Shown here: positions 1 through 9,438 of the stretch, in pieces
Position numbering within the stretch: position 1 is the stretch's first letter
How the letters are laid out: the number at the start of each line of letters is the position of its first letter
NCBI GenBank assembly: GCA_963695255.1
Contig: OY968777.1
Span: 109,409 to 173,408 of the forward strand
Source: an uncultured Bacteriovoracaceae bacterium
GTDB lineage: Bacteria; Bdellovibrionota; Bacteriovoracia; Bacteriovoracales; Bacteriovoracaceae
Direction: 5' to 3'
DNA: 64,000 nucleotides
Translations under genes and position numbers: made by a program
Notes under the pieces: generated by a model
Database searches by the model: none
The model's input: the letters and a program-made list of their open reading frames with translations, nothing else
What the model was told of the DNA's origin: nothing

Positions 1-645
1 TGGCTGAGATCTTTTCATCAAGATAGTTATCACTATTTCGTTCAAACAGAGAGTATGAAGAGGCTTGCTGAGATGGTCTTAAATACTACTAAAAATATTG
101 CTGTTCGGGCCTTTCACCCAAATTTATCCATTGTTGAACAGAGAGAACGTAATACTAAGTCTCATCAATTTGTTTATGTGGCCTCTGGTAACAAGCATAA
201 GAACTTTGAAAAGTTACTCGACGCCTGGCTAATCTTAAAAGGTGAAAAGCTTTCTCCCACGCTTTCTCTGATCATATCGCCCATTATAGATTTGGGTCTT
301 CTCAAATTATTGAAAAAACGAGTCCAGCAAGAAGGGCTTGAGATTGAAATTATCACTCAAATAACAAGACAAGGACTTCTTGAGACTCTCTCAAATGCTC
401 AATGCCTCATCTATCCTTCGCTCAATGAATCTTTTGGCCTCCCTTTAGTAGAGGCTTTTTATTTTAAGATTGATATTATTGCGTCTGAAAGGGACTATGT
501 AAGAGACGTCTGTATTCCAGTAGAGACTTTTGATCCCAACTCCGCCGTTTCTATCGCTCGGGCGATCAAACGATATCTAAACGTGGAAGACTCACCGAAA
601 GCAATATTATCCCCTAACGACTTTGTCCGTACTTTTTTTGTCTAG
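1..645 (+). CDS. Glycosyltransferase family 1 (GT4-type), C-terminal part; the 5' end lies outside the window
   Basis: Frame 1 is open from base 1, with no stop before the first ATG at 55. The product carries the GT-B C-terminal signature NESFGLPLVEAF. Only about 200 aa are visible, against roughly 350-400 aa for the family. Confidence 0.7.
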   Translation, partial: WLRSFHQDSYHYFVQTESMKRLAEMVLNTTKNIAVRAFHPNLSIVEQRERNTKSHQFVYVASGNKHKNFEKLLDAWLILKGEKLSPTLSLIISPIIDLGLLKLLKKRVQQEGLEIEIITQITRQGLLETLSNAQCLIYPSLNESFGLPLVEAFYFKIDIIASERDYVRDVCIPVETFDPNSAVSIARAIKRYLNVEDSPKAILSPNDFVRTFFV

Positions 646-1464
646 GCTCATTTCCTTTAAATTGACCAATTTTTTTCCTCTAGAAACCCCAAAGGAGGAA
701 GCCAAAAACTGCCTGGCAGCATTATCAATTCTCCCGTATAAACGATTCCAAGACTCCCCCGGCCGTCCTGAAAAAGAAGTGACGTGATAATAATGCCCCT
801 CATAAGGATGAGGTGAGTGAGCAAAGTAATAATTTGAGACACAACACCGATTAGCATTCACACGAACTTGATTCACAGAGTGCCAAGAGTCTTTATTCGT
901 TTCCATCACGATAAGTCGATTAAACCTGCTTTCAATTTCCAACGGTCTTTTGACCTTTCTATCCCAGAGCTCAAAATTTCCGCCATTTGAAAGCTCCCAT
1001 CCCGGGGTAATATAATATAAGAGATTGAGCTTTCGGTATGCACTACGATCCATGTTATGGCTGTTATCAATATGAGGATTTAAAAAATCGCCCTTGCCCA
1101 TCATGGAGATACCACCAGCGTATAGAAGAGGGTCCGCCCCAAGATCTTTTATCCCTGTTAACTCTTGGATCTTATTGATGACTTCTTTTGATTGAAAAGC
1201 ATTAGTCACATCTGAAATCAAGGGTTCAATTTCATTTAGCTTGGCAAAGGTTTTTTTTCTCTCGCGAAACGAACTCTGCTGATTCCAAATTTCTTTTGAT
1301 TGGGGAAAGCAGTCATAAATTTTTTGAGCAAGTGGGACTGACAGAAGATCATCGACGATAAAAAACCGAGTTGGAACTAAATTTTTTTGGCCCCATTGGT
1401 TTCTAACCTTATCTTTAGCAAAATCTAATCGCTCTAAAATTTCAGATGAAATTTCTTGTTGCAT
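607..1464 (-). CDS. 2OG-Fe(II) oxygenase superfamily protein
   Basis: 285-aa ORF with candidate HxD...H iron triad (NPHIDNS ... DSWHSV). Its 3' end overlaps the GT1 gene convergently by 39 nt. Confidence 0.6.
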   Translation of the reverse strand: MQQEISSEILERLDFAKDKVRNQWGQKNLVPTRFFIVDDLLSVPLAQKIYDCFPQSKEIWNQQSSFRERKKTFAKLNEIEPLISDVTNAFQSKEVINKIQELTGIKDLGADPLLYAGGISMMGKGDFLNPHIDNSHNMDRSAYRKLNLLYYITPGWELSNGGNFELWDRKVKRPLEIESRFNRLIVMETNKDSWHSVNQVRVNANRCCVSNYYFAHSPHPYEGHYYHVTSFSGRPGESWNRLYGRIDNAARQFLASSFGVSRGKKLVNLKEMSLDKKSTDKVVRG

Positions 1465-1533
1465 ATTTTCTCCATTCTTCTTTGAAATTTAAAACTTTTT
1501 TTAGCCAACGCCAAGGGCTCTATCTCTTTGAAA

Positions 1534-3201
1534 TTATCGTAATTCAATTTTTTCAGTAGCAATTTCGAGAAGGGCCTTGCGATGAGAGACAATGAGCATA
1601 ATGCAGTTTGGGGATATTGCCTTAAGGGCCTTCATGATAGTTTGCTCTGTTGCAAAATCAAGGTTTGATGTAGCTTCATCGAGAAGAAGAATTTGGGGTT
1701 TCCGTAGGAAGGCCCTCGCCATTGAGATACGCTGGAGCTGGCCACTTGAAAGGTTATCTCCCTGTTCATCCACACGAAGGGAGGTCCAGTTTTCTTTGAG
1801 AGCGAATTCATTTAAATCAACTAATGCAAGGGCCTCTTCCATCTCGGTGTCTTTCACTGTGTGGGCAGCAAAGTGACCAAAAAGTAAATTTTCTTTCAAT
1901 GTTCCCTCTATAATATAAGGGACTGGCCCGACGTAGCCAAAATGGTGATAGACATCTACCCCCAGTTTTTCAATAGAAATTTGATTATAGAGAATTTGCC
2001 CTTCGCTTGGTCTAAGAAATCCTGCTGCCAATGACATTAATGTGCTTTTACCGACTCCAGAGGGACCAGTTATTACAAGTGCTTTTCCTTGCTTCACATT
2101 TGCAGATATTTTGGAAAAAAGAAGCTTCGAATTTTGATTATAACGATAGGCAATTTCCCTGATCTCTAAAGATTCTAAATTCTCTAGAATTACTCCATCC
2201 TGCGGACCTTTGGTAATCACCTTGAGACTTTGTCGAGGCACTTCAAACCATCGAACTAAAATTTCTAAAGATGGAAAGTTAAGCTTCAGCTCGCTAAGCA
2301 CGCTGTAGACTTCCGCCGATGACTGAACAAAACGGACAAAAAGAAATAAAAAGCTGACAAAAATTGCAGAACTTAGAAAATCAAATTCTTTATTTAGAAA
2401 TGCCAAAAAAGCGATAACAGCTGTCCCTATTGCCGCGGGAAGTCCGAGTCTGTAGGAAGTTTGAGCAACATAACCCATGAAGACTTGCTGGTAACGTTCT
2501 AAAGTTTCACTCGCTCTTAATTGTTCCTGTTCAATCAAGCCACAGATATTGAGGTAAAAATTATTTTTAATCCCGTTGATCAATGTTTCGTTTGTCTTAA
2601 GCCACTGGCTAGAAACGCTATGTCCCTCAGCATGGCGAATTTTTAAGAAGAAATGGACTGGAAGAAGCAAGATTATTAGAGCGCTGACTCCTGCTAAAAT
2701 TAAAAACCATGATTGGAATGCCAGGATGATTGCTAGAATGAATGAAGTTGCGGCCCCGATGACAAAGAAATTGAGATTTAGCAAGGCCATGCTGGCACGA
2801 TTGACTTCATCAGAGAAAAGAGAGACCACTTGGCCCATCGAGACTGCTGGTCCTGCATCTAGTGCCCTCGCCAAAATCTGTTTTCTTTTTGTTTTGGCAA
2901 ATGACTGTGAGGCAAGACGTGAGAGATAGACTTTATAGCCCTGACACAGCCCTTTTGCCGACCCCGCTATCACCAACAAAATCAGAGAAATGAATTCTAC
3001 GCTCAGACCAAAAGTTGGGAAAAATGGAACAGTAGGAGTCAGAAATCCCAGTCCTTGGAGAAAGAACTGCAATACATAGGCAAATAGTAAGTCAACCACT
3101 GCGGTTAGTAGCCCCAGAAGAATTGAAGCAATAACAATAGTTTTGACTTCTCGCTCGAGAAATCGCCAAACAAGCGAGCATTGCGAGATAAGACGAGACA
3201 T
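1534..3201 (-). CDS. ABC exporter, fused permease/ATPase (MsbA/PglK type)
   Basis: The N-terminal half is hydrophobic with multiple TM segments. The C-terminal half has Walker A GPSGVGKST, ABC signature LSSGQLQR and Walker B LLLDEATSNLD. Confidence 0.85.
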   Translation of the reverse strand: MSRLISQCSLVWRFLEREVKTIVIASILLGLLTAVVDLLFAYVLQFFLQGLGFLTPTVPFFPTFGLSVEFISLILLVIAGSAKGLCQGYKVYLSRLASQSFAKTKRKQILARALDAGPAVSMGQVVSLFSDEVNRASMALLNLNFFVIGAATSFILAIILAFQSWFLILAGVSALIILLLPVHFFLKIRHAEGHSVSSQWLKTNETLINGIKNNFYLNICGLIEQEQLRASETLERYQQVFMGYVAQTSYRLGLPAAIGTAVIAFLAFLNKEFDFLSSAIFVSFLFLFVRFVQSSAEVYSVLSELKLNFPSLEILVRWFEVPRQSLKVITKGPQDGVILENLESLEIREIAYRYNQNSKLLFSKISANVKQGKALVITGPSGVGKSTLMSLAAGFLRPSEGQILYNQISIEKLGVDVYHHFGYVGPVPYIIEGTLKENLLFGHFAAHTVKDTEMEEALALVDLNEFALKENWTSLRVDEQGDNLSSGQLQRISMARAFLRKPQILLLDEATSNLDFATEQTIMKALKAISPNCIMLIVSHRKALLEIATEKIELR

Positions 3202-3258
3202 AAGGGACGACCTGCCGCGAAATAATATTGTGTAAGCTTATTCGCAAATGTATGCTCT

Positions 3259-4218
3259 GTGGAGCTTTTAGGGGGCTTATTGCCAGAAAAGAAACAAAAA
3301 CTTGTTTTATTTGGTGCTTCCGGACTGTTGGGAATCAATTGGCTCGCACGGCCTTCAAGTCTTTTTCATATTACTCCTATTTATAATCGCAATCCTATCT
3401 CCTTTGAGGGCGCTCGAAGTTTTGATCTTAGCAAGTCACCAGAGGATATTAAAAACTTCCTTCACAGTGCCTCACCCGACATTATTGTGAACGCGACAGG
3501 CCTAACAAATGTAGAGCACTGCGAGAGATGTCCAGCTCAAGCCGAGGAGCTTAATGTTTTTAATGCTAAGTTCCTCTGTGAAATGGCGCTCGAGCTGGGT
3601 ACCTATCTAGTTCATATTTCTACGGATCACTTTTTTAATAACAAATCTGACTTTGCACGCGCTACTGAAACATCGCCAGTAAGCCCAGTAAACCACTATG
3701 GACGTACAAAGCTTATAGCCGATGAATTCATATCAAGAAAAAACCCCCATGCCATGATTGTTCGAACTAATTTTTTTGGGATAGGTCACTCTCATCGAAA
3801 ATCATTTTCCGATTGGATCATTTCATCACTTCGTTCTCAGAAAGAAATCCATATGTACAAAGACGTTAGATTTTCTTCGATTTATGTTCAACGACTCATT
3901 GATCTCTTGGAACAGCTTATTATAAAAAAAATTAGAGGCCCGCTCAATATTGTCTCTGATGATAAGGTATCGAAACTAGAGTTTGCTCGTTTGCTAGCAG
4001 AAGTTTTTGATCTTCCACAAGCACTGATCTTTCCTTCTCTCTACAGTGAGAACTCAGCTGGGATTCCAAGACCGTCAGATATGGCCCTAGATAATAGACT
4101 TCTTACTAATATTTTGCCATTTGCGGCTGATACCCTTAAAAATGATTTCATTCGTTTAAGAGCAGATGAGGAACGAAAATTGGCCAAAACAATAGATCAT
4201 ATCTTTGGCAAACGGTAG
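3259..4218 (+). CDS. NAD(P)-dependent sugar-nucleotide reductase/epimerase, RmlD-like
   Basis: N-terminal Rossmann motif LFGASGLLG and catalytic YGRTK (YxxxK). Length 319 aa. The GTG start is taken from the ORF track, so the exact start is uncertain. Confidence 0.65.
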   Translation: MELLGGLLPEKKQKLVLFGASGLLGINWLARPSSLFHITPIYNRNPISFEGARSFDLSKSPEDIKNFLHSASPDIIVNATGLTNVEHCERCPAQAEELNVFNAKFLCEMALELGTYLVHISTDHFFNNKSDFARATETSPVSPVNHYGRTKLIADEFISRKNPHAMIVRTNFFGIGHSHRKSFSDWIISSLRSQKEIHMYKDVRFSSIYVQRLIDLLEQLIIKKIRGPLNIVSDDKVSKLEFARLLAEVFDLPQALIFPSLYSENSAGIPRPSDMALDNRLLTNILPFAADTLKNDFIRLRADEERKLAKTIDHIFGKR

Positions 4219-4222
4219 CATT

Positions 4223-5404
4223 ATGATTCCGTACGGAAAGCATGAAATAGATGAATCTGACATTCGAGAAGTCGTCTCTGTGCTTCGATCAGATTTTCTT
4301 ACTCAAGGCCCAAAGGTCCAAGAATTTGAGAAAATGCTTGCATCTTACGTCGGGGCGAAATACGCAGTGGCCATGTCTTCGTGGACATCAGGTCTTCATA
4401 TGGCGTGTATTGCCATAGGTCTTGAGCCTGGGCAACGACTTTTAACTTCCCCGATATCTTTTGTTGCAAGCTCAAACTGTGCCTTCTATGTGGGTGCCAC
4501 TCCTGAATTCTGTGATATAGAGCCTCGTACTATAAATCTGTCACCAACTAGCTTAGACAAAATGCTTGAAGAGGCCAAAGGAGATATCAAGGTAGTAATA
4601 CCTGTTCATTTTGGAGGACTTGCATGTGATATGCCTTCGATTCAAAAAATTACTCAAAAGCATGGAGCAGTTGTCGTTGAAGATGCGGCGCATGCGCTTG
4701 GTGCAAAGTATGCAAATGGTAAACTTGTAGGAAACTGCGAATACTCACTCATGACGGGTTTTTCCTTCCACCCTGTCAAAGGAATCGCTTGTGGTGAAGG
4801 AGGAATGATAACGACTAATTGTTTGAAGACTTATAAACAATTACTCAGAATTCGTGGTCATGGCATCAATAAAAATGGAGATGAACTTATCTCTAAAAAT
4901 GATGCTTACTATCACGGTAAGCCTAACCCGTGGTACTACGAGATGCAAGAACTTGGCTATAACTACAGAATTACTGACATCCAAAGTGCCCTCGGTGTTT
5001 CACAACTTCGAAGGATCGATACCTTTCTTGCCAATAGATGCTTACTCGCTCAGCGCTATGACGAAATATTCTCTGAAATTTCTTCAATAATACCTATCCA
5101 AAAGAACCTAAGAAATCACAGTAGTAATCATCTTTACGTCGTTAAGATTCAATTCGAAGAATTGGGAATAGATCGGTTTCAATTTATTACCGAAACAAGG
5201 CGTAGAGGTGTGCAGACCCATGTACATTACATACCAATTCCAATGCAGCCGTATTACACCGCAAAGGGATATAGTTTGAATAAGCTTCCAAATGCTTTGA
5301 GTTATTACAAAACGTGCGTTACTTTGCCGATATTTTCGTCGATGTCGCATGCCCAGCAGGATTTTGTAGTGGAGACTGTATTGGAAGCATTAAATATCAA
5401 TTAG
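4223..5404 (+). CDS. pseC: DegT/DnrJ/EryC1-family PLP aminotransferase, PseC-like (UDP-4-amino-4,6-dideoxy-N-acetyl-beta-L-altrosamine transaminase)
   Basis: N-terminus MIPYGKHEIDESDIREVVSVLRSDFLTQGPKV. PLP-lysine context FSFHPVKGI. SSNHLYVV and HVHYIPIP blocks match PseC as I recall it. I chose the ATG at 4223 (just after the upstream stop at 4218) over the track start at 4205. Confidence 0.75.
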   Translation: MIPYGKHEIDESDIREVVSVLRSDFLTQGPKVQEFEKMLASYVGAKYAVAMSSWTSGLHMACIAIGLEPGQRLLTSPISFVASSNCAFYVGATPEFCDIEPRTINLSPTSLDKMLEEAKGDIKVVIPVHFGGLACDMPSIQKITQKHGAVVVEDAAHALGAKYANGKLVGNCEYSLMTGFSFHPVKGIACGEGGMITTNCLKTYKQLLRIRGHGINKNGDELISKNDAYYHGKPNPWYYEMQELGYNYRITDIQSALGVSQLRRIDTFLANRCLLAQRYDEIFSEISSIIPIQKNLRNHSSNHLYVVKIQFEELGIDRFQFITETRRRGVQTHVHYIPIPMQPYYTAKGYSLNKLPNALSYYKTCVTLPIFSSMSHAQQDFVVETVLEALNIN

Positions 5405-6302
5405 CTTTTTTCGGCCATAGTCTTGGATCTATGAGTCGCTCATCATTGAGCTGTAGGCTATCCCAGTCTAATCCATAGTCTCTTTTAACGTCGTCTTTGA
5501 TAAAGACCTTCGCAATATCGGAAAAATGCGCGGGCGTATTTACGCCAATGACGCACTTGCTTATGATATGAGATTGTGAAAAATACCACGCAAGACACAA
5601 CTCTAACGGTGAAAGTGTATTTTGCTCAATAGTATTCTCAAGCTTTTTGAAATGGTCTCTGTAGTTAGATAAATATTCGGGAAGTTTGGCAATTGACTGA
5701 AGTAACAAACCCTGTAGAAAGAGTGAACGGCCATGAAACTCCACGCCCCTATCAACAAGAGCTGAGACTTGCTTACACTTTGCAAAACGCTGGTCGATAT
5801 AACTGGATGGGCACTGCACCAAATCTGGCGTCACATAGGTTAAAACTTTAAATAGCTCCTCGGGGCTATAAACAGAAATGCCAATGCCTACTACATCAGA
5901 ATCTCTCTTAAGATCAATTAAAGCTTCTCCCCATTCCTTTCCGTGTCCACTATTGAAGACTTCTGCGTTGTGTAATAACAGAGATATCTTTCCCTCACCA
6001 AGTCTGCGCCTAGATTGATTTAGGGCCGACTTGAGAAAGGAAAGAGGTCTTTCACTCCTACAGCTTCTTGGATCAACCTTTGTAATAATTTTGAACTTTT
6101 CCCGCAATCGAGTGGCCTTAAGAACTTTTCCTATTTGTAACTCACTTTCGCCATAGGCTTGTGCGGTATCGAGTTGCCAAACACCAAGTTCATGAGCATT
6201 TTTAATAATGACTTCAATATCTCGGTAGAGTGTCTGGCCTAAACTATTTGTAACACCGTAACTTAGGCCAAATTGAGCAGTTCCCAATATAAAGTTTTTC
6301 AT
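5397..6302 (-). CDS. Aldo/keto reductase family oxidoreductase
   Basis: Start region MKNFILGTAQFGLSYG and TAQAYGESE are typical AKR motifs. I prefer the internal ATG at 6302 to the longest-ORF start at 6338. Confidence 0.7.
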   Translation of the reverse strand: MKNFILGTAQFGLSYGVTNSLGQTLYRDIEVIIKNAHELGVWQLDTAQAYGESELQIGKVLKATRLREKFKIITKVDPRSCRSERPLSFLKSALNQSRRRLGEGKISLLLHNAEVFNSGHGKEWGEALIDLKRDSDVVGIGISVYSPEELFKVLTYVTPDLVQCPSSYIDQRFAKCKQVSALVDRGVEFHGRSLFLQGLLLQSIAKLPEYLSNYRDHFKKLENTIEQNTLSPLELCLAWYFSQSHIISKCVIGVNTPAHFSDIAKVFIKDDVKRDYGLDWDSLQLNDERLIDPRLWPKKAN

Positions 6303-6437
6303 TAATCCAACATTGTTTTTTTTGAACCTTATAGGCAAATGATAACGATTTGAGTATCAAAGAGTTATTATCAACCAATTCATCGTGATATAGGCCAAAA
6401 TATAAAAAACACATCCGGTAAAAGCCTAAAGTCCGTT

Positions 6438-8063
6438 ATGCCTAAAGGTGTTCGTCTTACTGAGATTTTGGCCATTATGAGTATCGTCTGGCCATGTTTT
6501 TACCTAGGCGCTTTTTTTTATTATGGACATAGCCCCGCTACTGATAATAATACGCTTTGGCTTGGAACTGCTCTTAGCTTAATCAATATCGTAGCATTAT
6601 ATTGGTTTCGAAATTTAGCTATTTTTCCTTTTGCGGTAATTTTTTCGACTATAAATATTATCCATTTCTTGCCTAGGATTTTAGGTTACCTCGTTTTATC
6701 AAAAGGTTCACGAGAAGGAATGTTCATTCTGTTCCCAATCAGCTGGAGCAGAGAGGTGATCAATTACGGACTGCTATACGTTATTATCGGGAGCATTTGC
6801 TCTTTATTGGGAATTTGGCTCGCCGACTTGTTGATAAGAAAAATACGAACATCTCGAAACCGGGAAACTCCCCTCAAAAGAGCCTGGTTTAATACGCCTT
6901 CCGTATTCTCATCTATATGCGTAACACTTGTTGTCTACTCAGTATCAGTATACTTTGTTTTGTTCTCTGGCCTAAGCGCAAGTTCAAATTGTTTCCCCGA
7001 GTTGAAATTCAAGTGGCTTATTCATCTTTTTAGTGAAGATACGTTAACTTTGCTTTTTCTCACCATCTTTCTTGTAATGACAGGGATAAAGCGAAAACAC
7101 CGGATTTTCTATTTAGGGCTAATATTTACCTATTTACTCTACACGTTCGCACTAGGTTCTAGAGCAGGTATTCTTAGACTTGCGTTAATGGCTATTGCGA
7201 TAATCAGCGCACACTACGGCAATGCCAAAATTAATGTCCTAAGATCCGTAAAGTATGGTCCGCTATTGATTATCATAATTTTATTGTCTTTTCCCATAGG
7301 GAGCTGGTTTAGAACACTCAAAGCCGACCATTGTGAGAATCGAGCCGACACGAACTATGACCAAAATAAATCAGCTATTAAGTTTGACCCAAAAAATCCC
7401 ACCCATACGCTAGAAGGCGGGAAGTTTATTAAGCAAGGTTCCTTTAATACTTTTTATCTAAATAAACGAGAAGGGGCTGATGCAAATAAACTAAGGATTC
7501 CCCCTTCAATAACCAAACCTTTAGATCGCTTAGGAATGCTGGACTATCCTATTGGCATACTTTCCGCTTCTAATATTAATCAAAATATAAAGAAGCAGTA
7601 TTTTAGTATTAAGTATTTATTTAAAACAGTCGTGAACAATTTGCTACCTGGAACACCATTTCCCGGATATGAGGTTATGAGTGCTCGGATTCTACCTATG
7701 TTATATAGAGGCCTATCTTTCGAGCACATTGAAGCTAATTACTTATCTGAAATGTACTCTTTATGGGGATTATCTTATCTACTTGCCGGGTATTCCGGTG
7801 GTCTTATTTTAATTTTTGTTAGCTCAATGGCCTTGGTATTCTTTCGAAATGCGTATAGATGTCTTTTGCCAGAATTCGTTGTATTTATAGATGGAATCTT
7901 TTTTTGGCATGTTTTGATTGGATGCTATTACCTTACCCAGGGGATCGACTACGCAATAGTTACAAGCGTCATGGTTTCGATTCAGGGCTGTGTTTTATTT
8001 ATCATGATTAAGATGTTTTCAATAATAGAATGTAAATTTCGTAATTCATTACAAGCTAAATAG
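6438..8063 (+). CDS. Polytopic inner-membrane protein, possible O-antigen/capsule polymerase (Wzy-like)
   Basis: 541 aa with many hydrophobic segments and a large hydrophilic loop around residues 290-400. Very AT-rich (30% GC at 7021-7080), as is usual for wzy genes. No diagnostic motif recognised. Confidence 0.4.
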   Translation: MPKGVRLTEILAIMSIVWPCFYLGAFFYYGHSPATDNNTLWLGTALSLINIVALYWFRNLAIFPFAVIFSTINIIHFLPRILGYLVLSKGSREGMFILFPISWSREVINYGLLYVIIGSICSLLGIWLADLLIRKIRTSRNRETPLKRAWFNTPSVFSSICVTLVVYSVSVYFVLFSGLSASSNCFPELKFKWLIHLFSEDTLTLLFLTIFLVMTGIKRKHRIFYLGLIFTYLLYTFALGSRAGILRLALMAIAIISAHYGNAKINVLRSVKYGPLLIIIILLSFPIGSWFRTLKADHCENRADTNYDQNKSAIKFDPKNPTHTLEGGKFIKQGSFNTFYLNKREGADANKLRIPPSITKPLDRLGMLDYPIGILSASNINQNIKKQYFSIKYLFKTVVNNLLPGTPFPGYEVMSARILPMLYRGLSFEHIEANYLSEMYSLWGLSYLLAGYSGGLILIFVSSMALVFFRNAYRCLLPEFVVFIDGIFFWHVLIGCYYLTQGIDYAIVTSVMVSIQGCVLFIMIKMFSIIECKFRNSLQAK

Positions 8064-9372
8064 TTCTTCTGAATACTGGTTTAATAGGTGGCCCATGGAG
8101 AAACTTTTTATACCCAGAAGTTAGAGCGTCCTTATAAACTTCCAGAGTCTGCTTCCATGCTTTGCAAAAGAATTGAATATCGTTCTCATTATGGCTAAAG
8201 CAAGGAACAAAGCTCCCTTGGAAAAGCACACCACGCTTTATCATTTCTTGTAGTACTAAAGTTTTTAAGCCGAGACAGATTTGTCCGGCGGCGTCTCTAA
8301 AGTTAAAGGTTATCATCCAATGGTCGTCTGAAATGTCAATATAGTTTTCAAGTTCAGCAGATTCTGTACAATATTTAACATTCTTAAGTAGGGACGCACC
8401 AATAGAATGATTATGCTTGATTACATCATGACGCTTAAACTCCTCAATTGTTGCAATGAGTGCCGCCAATGAATGAGTCTCACCACCATGAGTGGTAGAA
8501 ATAAGAAACAATTTTTCAGCACCTATATTCGTGATACCCCCGATATCCATTACTTCTCGTTTCCCAGTTAAAGCGCAAGCTGAAAAACCATTGGCAATTC
8601 CTTTTCCCCAAGTAGCAAGGTCTGCATCGTACTTGTATTTAGTCATACATCCTGGAAAATCTACCTTAAATCCCGTAACCATCTCGTCACATATGAACAA
8701 AGCACCAAAACGATGACTTATCTCTATCATCGCTCGAAGATTTTTCATCTCATTGAGACGCCCTGGTTTTTGAGGCTCTGATATGACTCCAGCTATTCTT
8801 CCTGGAAACTGTTCAAATAATTTTTGAAGAGAATCTGGTGACTGCGAATTATAAGTTAAGGATAGTTTTGATACTTCTTGAGGTATTCCTAAAGGACATT
8901 CAGTTTGTGAAATAAACCAATCATCAAAAGAGTAAAAGGGATGATCGCTTGGAAAAGCAACCATGTCGCGCTTTGTATAGGCCCTAGCTACCTTAAGCGA
9001 AGCAGTAGTCGCAGTAGAGCCATTTTTGCAAAACTTAACCATCTGATGTTGAGGAATGAGTGACAAAAAAGTCTCGGCTGCTTCCCGTTCAATGTATGAT
9101 GGACGCTGAAAATTCACGCCTTTATCGAGCTCTGCCTTTACCTTGTTCAATACGCTCGGGAATGCATGGCCTAAGCTAATAGAAGTAAGCCCCATCGAGC
9201 AGTCAAGAAACTTATTACCATCTAAGTCCCAAACGTAGGCACCTTTCCCTTTTGAAATAGCAGCAGGCGACTCAGCGGGAAATTGGTCATCGCCTTTAGA
9301 ATATGTGTGGCAACCTCCGGGTATTAGCTGATGAATAGCGTCGCGGTAGGCAACAGATTTTTGATAATCCAC
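8056..9372 (-). CDS. Class III PLP aminotransferase (glutamate-1-semialdehyde aminomutase-like)
   Basis: 438 aa. Blocks LDCSMGLTSISLGH, FICDEMVTGF and WGKGIANGF (PLP lysine) fit the class III fold. Confidence 0.75.
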   Translation of the reverse strand: MDYQKSVAYRDAIHQLIPGGCHTYSKGDDQFPAESPAAISKGKGAYVWDLDGNKFLDCSMGLTSISLGHAFPSVLNKVKAELDKGVNFQRPSYIEREAAETFLSLIPQHQMVKFCKNGSTATTASLKVARAYTKRDMVAFPSDHPFYSFDDWFISQTECPLGIPQEVSKLSLTYNSQSPDSLQKLFEQFPGRIAGVISEPQKPGRLNEMKNLRAMIEISHRFGALFICDEMVTGFKVDFPGCMTKYKYDADLATWGKGIANGFSACALTGKREVMDIGGITNIGAEKLFLISTTHGGETHSLAALIATIEEFKRHDVIKHNHSIGASLLKNVKYCTESAELENYIDISDDHWMITFNFRDAAGQICLGLKTLVLQEMIKRGVLFQGSFVPCFSHNENDIQFFCKAWKQTLEVYKDALTSGYKKFLHGPPIKPVFRRTI

Positions 9373-9438
9373 AATATTTATCCTAAAATTAAAAATTATA
9401 ATTAAACATTTTACTATTGGATTGAATACAAACCCTCT

